64,000 nucleotides of DNA from assembly GCA_964559225.1 (NCBI GenBank), contig CAZLGA010000004.1, forward strand, positions 83-64,082, written 5' to 3'. Of this stretch, positions 1 to 11,075 are shown in pieces; the stretch's first letter is position 1; every line of letters starts with the position of its first letter. Source of the stretch: an uncultured bacterium (lineage in GTDB: Bacteria > Hydrothermota > Tepidihabitantia > SM23-42 > JAOAFX01). The notes below the pieces were generated by a model. That model ran no database searches, was not told where the DNA came from, and saw nothing but the letters and a program-made list of their open reading frames with translations. The position numbers and the translations under genes are program-made.

Positions 1-1741
1 CAGGATTCTGGGTCTGCGTCGTATCTATCGCAAACCACGAATAAATCGGTGCCTGCTGATAAGGACCGCCCGACCAGTAAACATAATAATAACCCGTATC
101 CGAAGGCATTGGACGACCAACGGTCAAACTGAAAGTCCTTGTCCAAGAAGTTTCAGCACAAACGATATAAAGTTGAAAGTTAATGGTATGCCCAATCGGA
201 CAGTTGGATGCGACAGAAACACGAAACGGATCCGCACTGTTGTTTGCAGAATCACCCGCTGGAATAATTCCATATGTGGTAGTAGAATCAAGCAGCGTGA
301 TATAAATATCGTTTTCGCGTAATCTTGCCGTGGTATTTGTCGCCTGCAACCCACCTGCATTCCTGACATAACACACAATCCCTGCATTCTCACCCGGGTC
401 AAGTCTGCCATTGTTATTATTATCATCAACAACCGCAGTGCGATTGAGTAAAACATTGGGACGATTCGACACATAAGGTTGTATCAGAACGCATAGCGCC
501 GCGATCTCTGCCTTTATCACCTCTGTAGCAAAGGCATTGTTGTTGTATCCTGCACCAATTGTATCACTGGTTCTGTGATAATGGGGATTTGTTGGCCAAT
601 AATCTTCTATATTACATAAACCATGATACCCATTATCATAAAAAGGCTGGATATCTGAAGGAATGGATGATACAGTCTGTTTTACAGTGAGTAAATTCGT
701 ATATGTATCTGCGCAGGCAACGAAGAAATTAGCAAAAGGCACATTGGCACTGTTGGTGAGAACATTACAATCTTCAGGCGCAGCATCAACATAGCCAATC
801 ATATCGCCGTTTAGAACACCAAGTATGCTATCACCCTGCTGGCGGGCATTATTTGCATAATATTCGCTGCCATAAAGTCCTTGTTCTTCACCACTGAAGG
901 CAATGAATCTTGCTGAATATTCAAATTGATAGTTCTTCATTACCCTTGCTGCTTCAAGCGCGGCAACTGTTCCACTTGCATTGTCATCTGCACCCGGGGC
1001 TATGCTCGGCGCCTGATTTGATGTCGCATCAAAATGCCCATCAATTACCGCATAAATATTGGGGTAGACAATTCCTCTTTTTATACCAATCACATTGGGG
1101 GCATATCCAGAAGTATGATACTGAAAATATACCGAATCACATCCATATTCAATAAATTTGTTTCTTATCCAATTGGCTGCAGCAAAACAGGAATCATGCG
1201 TTGAATACCTGGTTCTGAATTGCTGTAATCTTCTCACAAAACTCAGAACAGTATCTGGATTTACTCTGTTTACAATTTCCTGTATAATTGGGTGCCTGCG
1301 CACTTTTGGCAAAGTTGGACCATTGGATCTTAATATCGGTCTGAACGATAACCGCACTATCTCAACAGGCTCTCTGTTTAAAGACAAAAGTAAATCGGGT
1401 TTTAGCTTCAATAAAAAGACATTATTATCTTCTGTCAATACAATCCCAAATGTATCAAGCTCAACTCTGGTATTGAACTGATAAACTAAATAGTAATCCC
1501 CTTCCTGTGGATTCTTGGCAAGAATTTGATAATCAAAATCACTTAGTTTTGAAATTTCTTTATCATCAACTATTACAATTGCACAATTATCTAATTCCTT
1601 TATTACATCAATTTCTTTTTCAAAAAGTGGCGTGAGCCTTTCCCTTCCAAGTTCAATACGCACCAAATTGCTCGATGCATTTGCTAAGCAGAACACAACA
1701 AAAAATGAGAAAAAAAACATTGATTTTCTTACCATCTTCAT
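1..1741 (-). CDS. M28-family zinc aminopeptidase, secreted. The C-terminal part runs off the window start. The ORF track does not list it because no stop lies inside the window.
   Basis: I translated the minus strand from the ATG at 1741 and verified the frame at both ends. N-terminal signal peptide MKMVRKSMFFFSFFVVFCLANA. M28 metal-ligand motifs are present: GADDNASG, FIAFSGEEQGLYGS, NGDMIG and YHRTSDT. The frame ends ...YQQAPIYSWFAIDTTQTQNP at position 2. Confidence 0.75.
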   Translation of the reverse strand, partial: MKMVRKSMFFFSFFVVFCLANASSNLVRIELGRERLTPLFEKEIDVIKELDNCAIVIVDDKEISKLSDFDYQILAKNPQEGDYYLVYQFNTRVELDTFGIVLTEDNNVFLLKLKPDLLLSLNREPVEIVRLSFRPILRSNGPTLPKVRRHPIIQEIVNRVNPDTVLSFVRRLQQFRTRYSTHDSCFAAANWIRNKFIEYGCDSVYFQYHTSGYAPNVIGIKRGIVYPNIYAVIDGHFDATSNQAPSIAPGADDNASGTVAALEAARVMKNYQFEYSARFIAFSGEEQGLYGSEYYANNARQQGDSILGVLNGDMIGYVDAAPEDCNVLTNSANVPFANFFVACADTYTNLLTVKQTVSSIPSDIQPFYDNGYHGLCNIEDYWPTNPHYHRTSDTIGAGYNNNAFATEVIKAEIAALCVLIQPYVSNRPNVLLNRTAVVDDNNNNGRLDPGENAGIVCYVRNAGGLQATNTTARLRENDIYITLLDSTTTYGIIPAGDSANNSADPFRVSVASNCPIGHTINFQLYIVCAETSWTRTFSLTVGRPMPSDTGYYYVYWSGGPYQQAPIYSWFAIDTTQTQNP

Positions 1742-1814
1742 TTTTATCTACCTTGCTTTGTTCAAATAAATAGGGAGGAGATGTTATAAAACCCATCCCC
1801 TCCCTATTACTATC

Positions 1815-4800
1815 TTATTTCAGTAGAACTGTCTTCTTTGTAGCAACGAAGTTATCGGATGTCATTTCGTAGAAGTATATGCCTGCAGAAAGATTTCTGC
1901 CCACATCATCTTTGCCATCCCAGATTATTGTGTAAACACCTGGTTTCTGTTCTCCATCTACAAGCGTCCGCACCACCTGTCCGAGACAGTTGTAGACCTT
2001 GAGTATCACTTTAGATGTCTTGGGAACCGCATAATTAATATGAACTGTTCCTTTTGTCGGATTGGGCATTGGGCTTGATAGATTGTAAACCAATGGTGAA
2101 ACACTTACCTCTTCTAAACCAACATTAGGACGAATATCACCGTTAATAAGGGTAAATGTCCGGTGATACCACGCACCCCAGTTCTGTGCCCTGAATGTAG
2201 CATTGTCGCGACCACGCACAAAGAGTGAACAAACACGCACTGTGCCCGGCGTATATAATAGCCTTATTGAACCATTTACATCTTCAACAATTTCGTCCCA
2301 GGAACCATCAGCGACCTGCATTGGAACTTCACCACTGGAATTTCCACTTGGACTCTTAGCAATATAACTTGCGGCGCCAATCGTGCTCAAACCGGTTTCG
2401 GAATCACTGACCACCGCGGTAAAAGTCAAAATTGTATCAGTTGATGTTATGAATTTCGGATTATTCGCAACGATGATTGAATTCGGAATCACCTTGGGAC
2501 CAAGGTCATCATTACCCGGGATATTGATCCGGAAATTACCAGTCTCTGCAAAGCCTTTCAGTGATGGATAGACATTCCTATCGTTCACCGTCACCCGTAC
2601 ACGATATCTGGTGCCATTCTGTAGTGCAGCAACATTCCAGGAATATGGAGAAGTCATATTGGTTCCAGAAACAATTGTATACCAGGTCTGACCTGCATCT
2701 GGTGAATATTCAATCCAGGTCGTATCAATCACTGTACCCCCATAAGAAGTAGCAGTCCAGGAGATAGTAATTGGACTTGAAGTATAGGTCTGGCCACCAA
2801 CCGGTGAAGAAATCGTCACATCGGGATGGTCATGGCCAATGAGCCAAATGAACATATTATTTAGAATATCGGTTCGGGTAGGACTGTTGGGATTGGCTGT
2901 ATCAATCTGGGTAATCTCAAAACCGTTGAATACAACCCTTGTTCTTTGACCACCCCAGACACCGTCACCCGGCGTTCCCATATTATTCGTTGATTCCCAT
3001 TTTATACCGCAGGAATCATTTGCGGCATTACCATGCCAGACATAGGTTCCAGTGCCTGGAGCACCAGTGTCGGAAAGCCTAATTGAATCACCCGCGGCAC
3101 CAGAACGGAATGGCTGATAAGTAACACCTGCAGTATAATTACCCGAGATTGGATCGCCAGCAATACCCCTGAGCGATGTCCAGGTAGTCGCTACGATATC
3201 GCCTATGTAACGGAAATGGAGATAATTCTTACAGAAGATAGAATCAACACGGGAATACAACCAGTTATCCCAGCCAACATCATGACCTGTGAAGGCAAAT
3301 CTTGCACCATTATCATGGTATGTCTTAATAGTTTCCTTTTGAGCTGCTGTGAAGACAGGATAGTTCTCCTGTGCAACCTGGAAATAGACTGCCTTATACC
3401 ATTTTAAGTCGCTCCGTTTGAACTGTCCATTGGGTATCGTCTTCCACCAGTTATAGGTCCAGCCACCAACCTGTAATGCCCTTTCCATAAAATCGGGATG
3501 CGCAAACTCTTGACCCTGGTTATTGTTATTGAGTACTACAACCAGGACATCAGTTCCTTCTTGGGCTTTGGTTTTGAATGTATAATGGAGACCACCATTA
3601 TTATCACGGACCGCATTGCCACGGAAGTCCTTTGATTCTACATTGTAATAATAGATGGTATTGGGTGTTAATCCTGTGAGTGTTACACGGTGTGGTATAC
3701 AGAAAGGTGTATCTACCTGAGCGACGAGATTTAAATTGCTCGGATTTGTTCCATAATAGACCTTTGCATTTGCACCTTCATTGGTTGTCCAACACACATC
3801 CGCGGTAGCAGCCTGGATATTCTCACACCGGACATTAGAAATTGTAAAATACCACGCATCTACCGCAGCCCAGGTAGTGGAGATATAAGAAGGATTGTTA
3901 TCTCTATAAGAAACATAGATTGTATCACCCTGACAGACCGATAATCTCCCATCACCATGGGTCGCACCCCGGAAGAGCAATGGAAATTCACCCCGAAACA
4001 CATAAGAACTTTCAGCAAGCTCAACACACCTCAAGGTCTCAGGCTGGGTTTCAATATATTTGCCAGTAAGGACAACAAGGACTGTATCACGAACTCCAAC
4101 CGTGCCATAATTTTCATCTTCCACCCTGATTCTAACAGTATCAATGATAAAATCATTCGCACGATAGACAGGTTTATTCGTAGATACAACCCCAGCAACA
4201 GACGCTGCGGTGTAGGTTATTACCAGTGCAAAAGGTTGTGGACCATAAGGCACATTTCTGCCTTCAATTCTAACAAGCCAGTCACCAGCAGTCGGTGAAT
4301 TTACCCTTACACACTCTTCAACATTTAATGAATCCCTGGCAGACGGATTTGCCACTGATTGACCACCAGAATACTGATTACCACGGTAAAAGGTAGAACC
4401 AATCTGACAGAATAAATCTAAATCATTAACAATCTGTCTATTTACTGCTGGATTACCAGGGTAATCGGTCCAGACCAGTGTAATCTTTAGATTGGCTGCC
4501 CCTGAAGGAACATTAAAACGATAATCCTTTCTTTCACCTGTAAGAACACCTATCGTATCATCAAGGAGGAGTGTCTTCCTTGTGTCTCCCGCAAAATAAA
4601 GCGTGGAATCAAGGTTAACACGACCCCAGCCGATATTATTATCCGGAACAGTGAAGCCAGTGATATTCGGGTCCGCACAGTTTATCAAAATTGCCTTTAT
4701 CATCGCGGCACTGATATAACTCCAGGCATTGCCTGTAACCTTTTTACCAGATGGATACCAACCTTCGCGCAGATACTGCCTTACCAGCGCACCTGAACCA

Positions 4801-6404
4801 CACGCATTTGGAGAAGACATACTCGTCCCTTGCATAGAGTTGTAAGTCGCAGTACCACTTGTAGCTGAATTAACACTTGCACCCGGAGTGCAAACCGTAG
4901 GTTTTATGCGATTATCATCAGTAGGTCCCCTGCTTGACCATGACTGAAGGGCATTTGATGATGTTGAATTTCCAACAGCGCCTACTGAGACACAGTTCTT
5001 TGCAGTCGCTGGAGAACCTACAGTGTTTGCGCCAGAACCAGAATTGCCATTGGAGAAAAATAATAGAAAGTCCTTGTATCTCCACATAAACTGGTCAACA
5101 TTTAGATCCATACTTGTATATGCACCGCCAGTAGCCGCACCCCAGGAGTTCGTACTCATATATGCCCTTATCCCATGGCTTGCATAGTATTTGGAATAAG
5201 GTCGGATATAGAGGTCATTGAGGTCACCGAACACATAAATACTGGAGCTTGTATTATCACCACAATCATTGTGATAGAGCCGCGCCATCTTCGCAACACC
5301 ATCATTGTAGCTTGTTCCAAGGACTGTATCATTGCCAGCAGCTGTGCAACCGGTATGGGTCCCATGCCAGGAAGCACCAGCACCATCACCGAACACAATC
5401 ATCGACGGTGCCCCAGAATCATAAGCAACGATTTTATTGTGATCTGGATAGACACCCCAGGTCGTAATCTGGGGACTGTTAGCACGATGCTGATAATGAG
5501 CGGTATTTATCCCTGAATCGCAGTGGTTGATTATCTCGTCCTGACCAAAAATACCCATACCCCACATTCTTCGTGCAGTATTATCCGTAGCAGGTGGTGC
5601 TGTTGAACGCCAGCCAGTCATATCAACCCACTGAACATTGACATTCAATGTATGGGGTTGAATATATGGTTCAATCCAGTAAGCTTCTTTAATGTTTGCA
5701 AGTCTGCTCAAGTCTTTCTTGTTTGCACTAACCCACAACATCTTGTTTATACCGTTGTCAGAAATAACTATATCATTTTTACCGGTAATCTCCTTTATCT
5801 GTGCCACTGCTGAATTCATATCAGCATCTTCAAAGAGTATAATCGTCACCTTATGTTCAGCACCAACCCTGTCAAATAAACCCGAGATTTTGTAGGCTGG
5901 TTGATAATTACCCATCCAGTTTACTGATGGATTAGCAAGAATTGCATCTTTCTGTAATTTATTTTTTAAGGAAACGACAAAACCATAGTGGGGGATATAG
6001 AAATGAATCTTTGCCCCCTGTGACTCAAGCCAATCTTTCTCTAATCCATAGATTGGTCCTGAGAACTGAACGATATAGTATCCAGGTTCATCATCCCGAT
6101 ACTGGGTCTTTAAATCAGCAGGCAAATCTGGTTCACCATTCTTGCCAAGCAGTTTTGTATCAAAAGAGATTCCATTTGAGAAAATAATCTTCGTCGCATC
6201 TCCATAGACCACGGGTATAAAATGCGATTTTGTCTGACTGGAGAATGTTGGAATTATGTCTGAACGATTGACATCTCCTTCACTCTCCTTTTGCGCTTCT
6301 ATTTTTACCGGTTGAACCGGTATTTGCACCTGGGTCCCCGGTTTGGTAGCACCCAGAGCACATAGCGCTATTATCATTATAAGCATTATTTTCCTCATCT
6401 TCAC
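1815..6404 (-). CDS. Giant secreted subtilisin-like S8 serine peptidase (1529 aa) with a T9SS C-terminal sorting domain.
   Basis: Signal peptide MKMRKIMLIMIIALCALGA. S8 catalytic triad motifs DSGINTAH, HGTHTGCTAAGN and GTSMSSPNACGSGALV. The C-terminus ...GIYFYEMTSDNFVATKKTVLLK is typical of the Por/T9SS CTD (TIGR04183-like). The N-terminal module is paralogous to that of the 11076..14564 protein. Confidence 0.85.
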   Translation of the reverse strand: MKMRKIMLIMIIALCALGATKPGTQVQIPVQPVKIEAQKESEGDVNRSDIIPTFSSQTKSHFIPVVYGDATKIIFSNGISFDTKLLGKNGEPDLPADLKTQYRDDEPGYYIVQFSGPIYGLEKDWLESQGAKIHFYIPHYGFVVSLKNKLQKDAILANPSVNWMGNYQPAYKISGLFDRVGAEHKVTIILFEDADMNSAVAQIKEITGKNDIVISDNGINKMLWVSANKKDLSRLANIKEAYWIEPYIQPHTLNVNVQWVDMTGWRSTAPPATDNTARRMWGMGIFGQDEIINHCDSGINTAHYQHRANSPQITTWGVYPDHNKIVAYDSGAPSMIVFGDGAGASWHGTHTGCTAAGNDTVLGTSYNDGVAKMARLYHNDCGDNTSSSIYVFGDLNDLYIRPYSKYYASHGIRAYMSTNSWGAATGGAYTSMDLNVDQFMWRYKDFLLFFSNGNSGSGANTVGSPATAKNCVSVGAVGNSTSSNALQSWSSRGPTDDNRIKPTVCTPGASVNSATSGTATYNSMQGTSMSSPNACGSGALVRQYLREGWYPSGKKVTGNAWSYISAAMIKAILINCADPNITGFTVPDNNIGWGRVNLDSTLYFAGDTRKTLLLDDTIGVLTGERKDYRFNVPSGAANLKITLVWTDYPGNPAVNRQIVNDLDLFCQIGSTFYRGNQYSGGQSVANPSARDSLNVEECVRVNSPTAGDWLVRIEGRNVPYGPQPFALVITYTAASVAGVVSTNKPVYRANDFIIDTVRIRVEDENYGTVGVRDTVLVVLTGKYIETQPETLRCVELAESSYVFRGEFPLLFRGATHGDGRLSVCQGDTIYVSYRDNNPSYISTTWAAVDAWYFTISNVRCENIQAATADVCWTTNEGANAKVYYGTNPSNLNLVAQVDTPFCIPHRVTLTGLTPNTIYYYNVESKDFRGNAVRDNNGGLHYTFKTKAQEGTDVLVVVLNNNNQGQEFAHPDFMERALQVGGWTYNWWKTIPNGQFKRSDLKWYKAVYFQVAQENYPVFTAAQKETIKTYHDNGARFAFTGHDVGWDNWLYSRVDSIFCKNYLHFRYIGDIVATTWTSLRGIAGDPISGNYTAGVTYQPFRSGAAGDSIRLSDTGAPGTGTYVWHGNAANDSCGIKWESTNNMGTPGDGVWGGQRTRVVFNGFEITQIDTANPNSPTRTDILNNMFIWLIGHDHPDVTISSPVGGQTYTSSPITISWTATSYGGTVIDTTWIEYSPDAGQTWYTIVSGTNMTSPYSWNVAALQNGTRYRVRVTVNDRNVYPSLKGFAETGNFRINIPGNDDLGPKVIPNSIIVANNPKFITSTDTILTFTAVVSDSETGLSTIGAASYIAKSPSGNSSGEVPMQVADGSWDEIVEDVNGSIRLLYTPGTVRVCSLFVRGRDNATFRAQNWGAWYHRTFTLINGDIRPNVGLEEVSVSPLVYNLSSPMPNPTKGTVHINYAVPKTSKVILKVYNCLGQVVRTLVDGEQKPGVYTIIWDGKDDVGRNLSAGIYFYEMTSDNFVATKKTVLLK

Positions 6405-6506
6405 TCCTTTCTATACCTATATTCATTCAATAGCAGCCCATATAGTTTCTATTTTTTTTATTCATCACCTCCTTTCGTATAAATTGGTGTCAAATATCAA
6501 TTTCAT

Positions 6507-9500
6507 TTATTTCAAAAGAACCGTCTTCCTCACTTCTTTGAAATGTGGAGATTCAAATTTAACGAAATAAACGCCTGCTGGAACTTTCCTGCCCAAATCA
6601 TCTTTACCATCCCAAACAATCTGGTTAACCGAACAATCGGTTAAATTAAATGACTTAACAATCCTACCCATTGGGTCATAAATCCTTAAAGTTGTTTGGG
6701 ATTTGAAATCTGGTATTTGGAATTTTATTGTAAGCCGGGTTCTGAACGGATTGGGTGATATTCCAAAGTAAAATGCACCCTTATTCTTTTTTGTGACTGT
6801 TTCTTTCATTCCCACCCAATAATAGGCTCTATACCAACCGGAGTTATAAGGATCATAGCGGAATTTAGGCCATTCATAAAAACTCCCATTCAAATCAAAT
6901 ACCCAGAATTTGAAATCATTCGCACCTACCATCAACTCAAGTTTTCCATCATAATCAATGTCGTAAACTGCTGGTGAGTGTTCAATCCTTATACCAAAGT
7001 GTATAGGGAAACCACTTATGAGTTGAGCCTTATTATTGTATGCGTATAAATTCCAATCCGCAGCACCACAGGCAATATCCATAATCCCATCTCCATCTAT
7101 ATCCGCGCTAATTGGTAATTTGAAATCATGCCCATATGATGTTGGAAATCCAGAAATTGTATTTCCCAGAGAATCAAGGACCGATAAAAACATTGAGCCC
7201 TGATTGCTGCCAATGATTATCTCAGGCCTTTCATTTCCAGTAATGTCAGCAACAACCGGATATGCCTCAACATCTCCAAGTGCAGGTATGGCTTTTTGCC
7301 ACAATATATGACCACGGGCATCAACAAGATTAACCAGATCCGTAGAATCTGTATAAAAACATATCTCAAGGTCTGCATCACCTGCGATATTTCCTAAAAC
7401 CGGTGAATAAATCATTTTCTTTGCTACAGCAATTGGAAACGGGTTAAGATAATTGCCATTGTGACCCCACACAAATAGCGAATCAGAATTTGCCCCTCCA
7501 CAGGCAACAATCTCAAGATATCCATCATTATTTAAATCGCCAACCGCCGGAGAACCCCCATGCCATCCGTATAAATTTTTTAGCAGTCCATCAGGTGAAT
7601 ATAACCCTGTGCCATCATGATGGAATGCATATAATTTACCATCTTCACTTATAACAAAAATTTCAAGGTCTCCATCTCCATCAATATCAGCAAGTGCGGG
7701 CGAGCTAAGGACGCTACCACCCAATGTTTTGGGCCATCCTGTCATTGGTATCCAGGTTGTATCAGTCTTTGTTAAAACATAAAAATTATTCCACCATCGC
7801 CTTATCCCAAAACAGAGTTCTAAAGTTCCATTATTGTCAACATCACCAACCGCAGGTGAAGACCAGATTTCTTGGTTACAAGTAAAAATCCTTCCGTAAA
7901 GGTCATTATTCACCGGAGTTCCATCATAATGCCACATATGAACATCGCCATTTCTTGAACAAACGACGATTTCCAGACCTGGATAAAATGGGTCAAGGTC
8001 ACCAAAATTTGGTGAAGAAAAGAGATAACCGAATACCGTCCTTGGCCAGCCTTGGGCAACCATAGGATTGGCCCTTGTCATTATTGTATCCGATGGCAAA
8101 CCTTCGTTCATTGAAGAATCCACCGCGATAATATAATAGTAATAATTTCTATTCTTTTCAACATTTAAATCTTCAAAATAGGAAATAGGGGATAACGGGT
8201 TTTTAATATACTCAAAATTGCCATTTGGACTCGTTGCCCGATAAATCCTGTAACCAATCGCATTCATCACCATAATCCAGTTAAGGATTACTGAATTCTG
8301 TGTTCCAAATGACCATAATGAATCAATCCTTGATGGAGCGCCGAGCGTGACCTTTTTTTCCAGAACTCGTAGATTTTTAGTATATAAAGAAAAATTATAA
8401 GAAACATTGCCGGGATATACTTTTAAAACTTTTAAAGTGTCTTTAGCAGAAACGACCTCACCAGGTCTGATATCATCAAATTTTGCAACACTATCAAGGA
8501 CAATAACCGTATCCGAAAGGCTCGTAATTGTTGCATAGACAGATTCTGCAATACAATGCCCCTTGTTTTCAATAAACGGCAGGATTTTATATACACTCCC
8601 GTTTGTAGTAAATCGCTGGGTAAAAAGATAAAGCACCGGAGATTGAATGACAAACTGACAGGTATCATAAATCAATTCTGAACCACAATGGATTTCTAAA
8701 TAAAGTAGCGGGCTATAACCATCAGGAGCCATAGGGTCAATGTTTATTATAATAGGTGTGAGATTTTCTTTTAGTTCATCAGGTGGTATATTAGGATAAT
8801 GGGCAGTATCGCAAACAATATCAATCAAAGTATCCAGGCTACTAATTCTTAAAAATATTGAATCAGATGTGTGATTGCCATTGTTTACCAAACTTAGATA
8901 CATTTCAATGAGCTCGCCCGGATTTGGAATTCCATTATTATTACCCATTGTATCAACCATTCGCGCATGCTGATATACAACATAAGGAGCACCAGATTTC
9001 ACATATATTGAATCAATATAGCCAATGCTTTTTTCACTGATTATCGTATACTTAAGATAGCCCGCTGATTTTGTTCTTACCGGAGTCAATGCTATACCGC
9101 CAAAACCAGAATCTTTTACAAATACTTCATTTTCTTTATATAAGATAACCAGAAATTTATCGATAGCGGGAAAAACACTTAGTAAAACTGTATCAGCCCC
9201 AACCTGAAGCGTATCTTTCATTGTTATAACAGAATCTATGTTACGGGGAACATTTGACCACATTCTGATTGTAGGGTCACCGAGTAGATTCAATGAATAC
9301 TGAAAAACCCGATGCCAGTTGTCAAATTGAGAATAGGGTATCAAGGGAATTTTAGAAAGCCCATTGGCAGAACCCAACGAGGTCAAGAATAGATATGGGA
9401 TTAATACTCTCACATAATCAAGGTGATTGTATGCTGCACTGGAACTCGTCGGACCGATATAACCAATTCCCCCACCCTGTGGATTCATTACCCAGTGTTC

Positions 9501-11018
9501 GCCAATACAATCTTCCTGGAAGGGTCCTGTATAACAAGAAATAACCACGAGTAGTGGATAAATGTTATTGGTCAATGAATCAAAAGAAAAATTCGTCACA
9601 TATTCACGCGGAGTGGTTCGCACGCGCAACATATTTACATCACCGTGAGCAAGCCAGGTGACTAAATTATAACCTTCATCCATTCTATTTAAAACCACCT
9701 GTTTAGATTCCTCGTTAAAATAATACTTACTGAAACACTCAGGGAGAAGAACACTTAATTGATTTCTCGCAATATAATAAGAATCATTCGGAAACCAGAA
9801 CATACTCGTGACAAATAACGCCTTTTTGTACCAGGGCTCAAGTGAATTGGGGGGATTGACTCGCTTAAATAAATAGGATAATACCTTACTCAAATATATA
9901 TATACATCATCAGGATTGTGTGCGGGAATCCGCCCTACCAAAACATCTGGATATAAATCAATAGAATCAGCAACTTCACCGAATCGGTTATCACCATCAA
10001 AGTTCCAGTTTTCATCAAGGTCTGAAAAATAGAGGTCGGTGGTTACATCAGCAGGATGATTTCCCATCACATATTCAACCCAGACCCAGCGCGTTGGAAT
10101 ATCAGGAACATCATTCCCTAATATTACAATACTCACACCCCATTTTTCAACGGCATCTTTTATAAATTTTCTAAGTCTTTCTGCATCATCAACTCCTTGA
10201 TAATTCTGTTTAATATAGGACATTGTTCTTATTGTAGTATTTAATCCAAGCATTTTTTTGTGACGCGCAAATTCCTGATAAGCAGAAATCATTGAATCCG
10301 TCGTAATTATCAGAAGATCAACCGGGGGTCCATTAAGCGAAGGCAATTCAGAAGGAATTAAATCTTCTATATTTTCTTCAATATAAAAGGCAGGATGATA
10401 AAGTGTGGCTGAGGCATTTGATTTTCCTACTATTGAGTAAACAAATTCCTCAAAAATTGATTTTGAAAATTTCGTCTGGCGGATTGGTTTTATACCAGTT
10501 CTTTGATATTCAAGTTCAACATTTAAAATCGCCTTCGTTAAAACTTCAACTTTTTTTAATACCGGGTTATATCTAAAAGGTGAAACCAATATCTGCCCAA
10601 TACTATATCCCCTCAAATTTCCTGAATGAAAACCTAAAATTATGTTATTGGGATAGTAAAGATTTGCATTATAAATGTTCCCATCCGGCAGGGTAAACTC
10701 CATTTGTTCTCCTATTATTGCACCTTTCTGAACCGGATAGATAAAAAATTCACCAGGTATTTCTGACCATACTTCATTTAGTATATTTACTGATTTTATT
10801 TTTTCATCGGGGTTTAACAAGATGGTATAAACAAATCCCGGAAGTTCTGGGGTGCCTGAAGTGCCCCAAATTCCGCCGTCCTCAAGAAAAATTCTATGAT
10901 ATCCATCAAAATCAGTTATTTCGTACTTAAGTTTATCAACAGGGATATTAAGCTGTAAAGAAAAACAAAGACTTAAAAAGAGAAAAATGATTATTAAAAA
11001 TCTCATCATACTCAACAT
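6507..11018 (-). CDS. Gingipain-like C25 cysteine peptidase (1503 aa) fused to FG-GAP/VCBS-type repeats and a T9SS C-terminal domain.
   Basis: Signal peptide MLSMMRFLIIIFLFLSLCFS. C25 core: DLLIITTD...VLVGRIPA...WLAHGDVNML...LLVVISCYTGPF, aligning with the gingipain catalytic His (HG) and Cys (SCxTG). Multiple DxDxDG calcium-type repeats (DIDGDGDLEIFV, DLNNDGYLEIV, DIDGDGIMDIA, DIDYDGKLELMV). T9SS CTD ...GVYFVKFESPHFKEVRKTVLLK. Confidence 0.8.
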   Translation of the reverse strand: MLSMMRFLIIIFLFLSLCFSLQLNIPVDKLKYEITDFDGYHRIFLEDGGIWGTSGTPELPGFVYTILLNPDEKIKSVNILNEVWSEIPGEFFIYPVQKGAIIGEQMEFTLPDGNIYNANLYYPNNIILGFHSGNLRGYSIGQILVSPFRYNPVLKKVEVLTKAILNVELEYQRTGIKPIRQTKFSKSIFEEFVYSIVGKSNASATLYHPAFYIEENIEDLIPSELPSLNGPPVDLLIITTDSMISAYQEFARHKKMLGLNTTIRTMSYIKQNYQGVDDAERLRKFIKDAVEKWGVSIVILGNDVPDIPTRWVWVEYVMGNHPADVTTDLYFSDLDENWNFDGDNRFGEVADSIDLYPDVLVGRIPAHNPDDVYIYLSKVLSYLFKRVNPPNSLEPWYKKALFVTSMFWFPNDSYYIARNQLSVLLPECFSKYYFNEESKQVVLNRMDEGYNLVTWLAHGDVNMLRVRTTPREYVTNFSFDSLTNNIYPLLVVISCYTGPFQEDCIGEHWVMNPQGGGIGYIGPTSSSAAYNHLDYVRVLIPYLFLTSLGSANGLSKIPLIPYSQFDNWHRVFQYSLNLLGDPTIRMWSNVPRNIDSVITMKDTLQVGADTVLLSVFPAIDKFLVILYKENEVFVKDSGFGGIALTPVRTKSAGYLKYTIISEKSIGYIDSIYVKSGAPYVVYQHARMVDTMGNNNGIPNPGELIEMYLSLVNNGNHTSDSIFLRISSLDTLIDIVCDTAHYPNIPPDELKENLTPIIINIDPMAPDGYSPLLYLEIHCGSELIYDTCQFVIQSPVLYLFTQRFTTNGSVYKILPFIENKGHCIAESVYATITSLSDTVIVLDSVAKFDDIRPGEVVSAKDTLKVLKVYPGNVSYNFSLYTKNLRVLEKKVTLGAPSRIDSLWSFGTQNSVILNWIMVMNAIGYRIYRATSPNGNFEYIKNPLSPISYFEDLNVEKNRNYYYYIIAVDSSMNEGLPSDTIMTRANPMVAQGWPRTVFGYLFSSPNFGDLDPFYPGLEIVVCSRNGDVHMWHYDGTPVNNDLYGRIFTCNQEIWSSPAVGDVDNNGTLELCFGIRRWWNNFYVLTKTDTTWIPMTGWPKTLGGSVLSSPALADIDGDGDLEIFVISEDGKLYAFHHDGTGLYSPDGLLKNLYGWHGGSPAVGDLNNDGYLEIVACGGANSDSLFVWGHNGNYLNPFPIAVAKKMIYSPVLGNIAGDADLEICFYTDSTDLVNLVDARGHILWQKAIPALGDVEAYPVVADITGNERPEIIIGSNQGSMFLSVLDSLGNTISGFPTSYGHDFKLPISADIDGDGIMDIACGAADWNLYAYNNKAQLISGFPIHFGIRIEHSPAVYDIDYDGKLELMVGANDFKFWVFDLNGSFYEWPKFRYDPYNSGWYRAYYWVGMKETVTKKNKGAFYFGISPNPFRTRLTIKFQIPDFKSQTTLRIYDPMGRIVKSFNLTDCSVNQIVWDGKDDLGRKVPAGVYFVKFESPHFKEVRKTVLLK

Positions 11019-11036
11019 ATTGTTTTCTCTTCTCAG

Positions 11037-11068
11037 AAGGGGCTCTGGTTTTTAAGCCAGAGCCCCTT
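11037..11068 (-). terminator. Stable intergenic stem-loop (12-bp stem) between the S8 peptidase stop and the C25 peptidase start. Possible weak terminator or processing site.
   Basis: AAGGGGCTCTGG-(8 nt loop)-CCAGAGCCCCTT, a perfect inverted repeat. It is not followed by a clear U-tract on either strand. Confidence 0.35.
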
Positions 11069-11075
11069 ATAGCAA

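Noticed and set aside
124-1481. ORF-track ORFs 124..474(-), 910..1155(+) and 1158..1481(+).
   Set aside because: They lie inside, and in other frames or the opposite strand of, the long M28 peptidase frame (1741 down to 1). That frame has clear catalytic motifs and a signal peptide. These three have low-complexity, motif-free translations.
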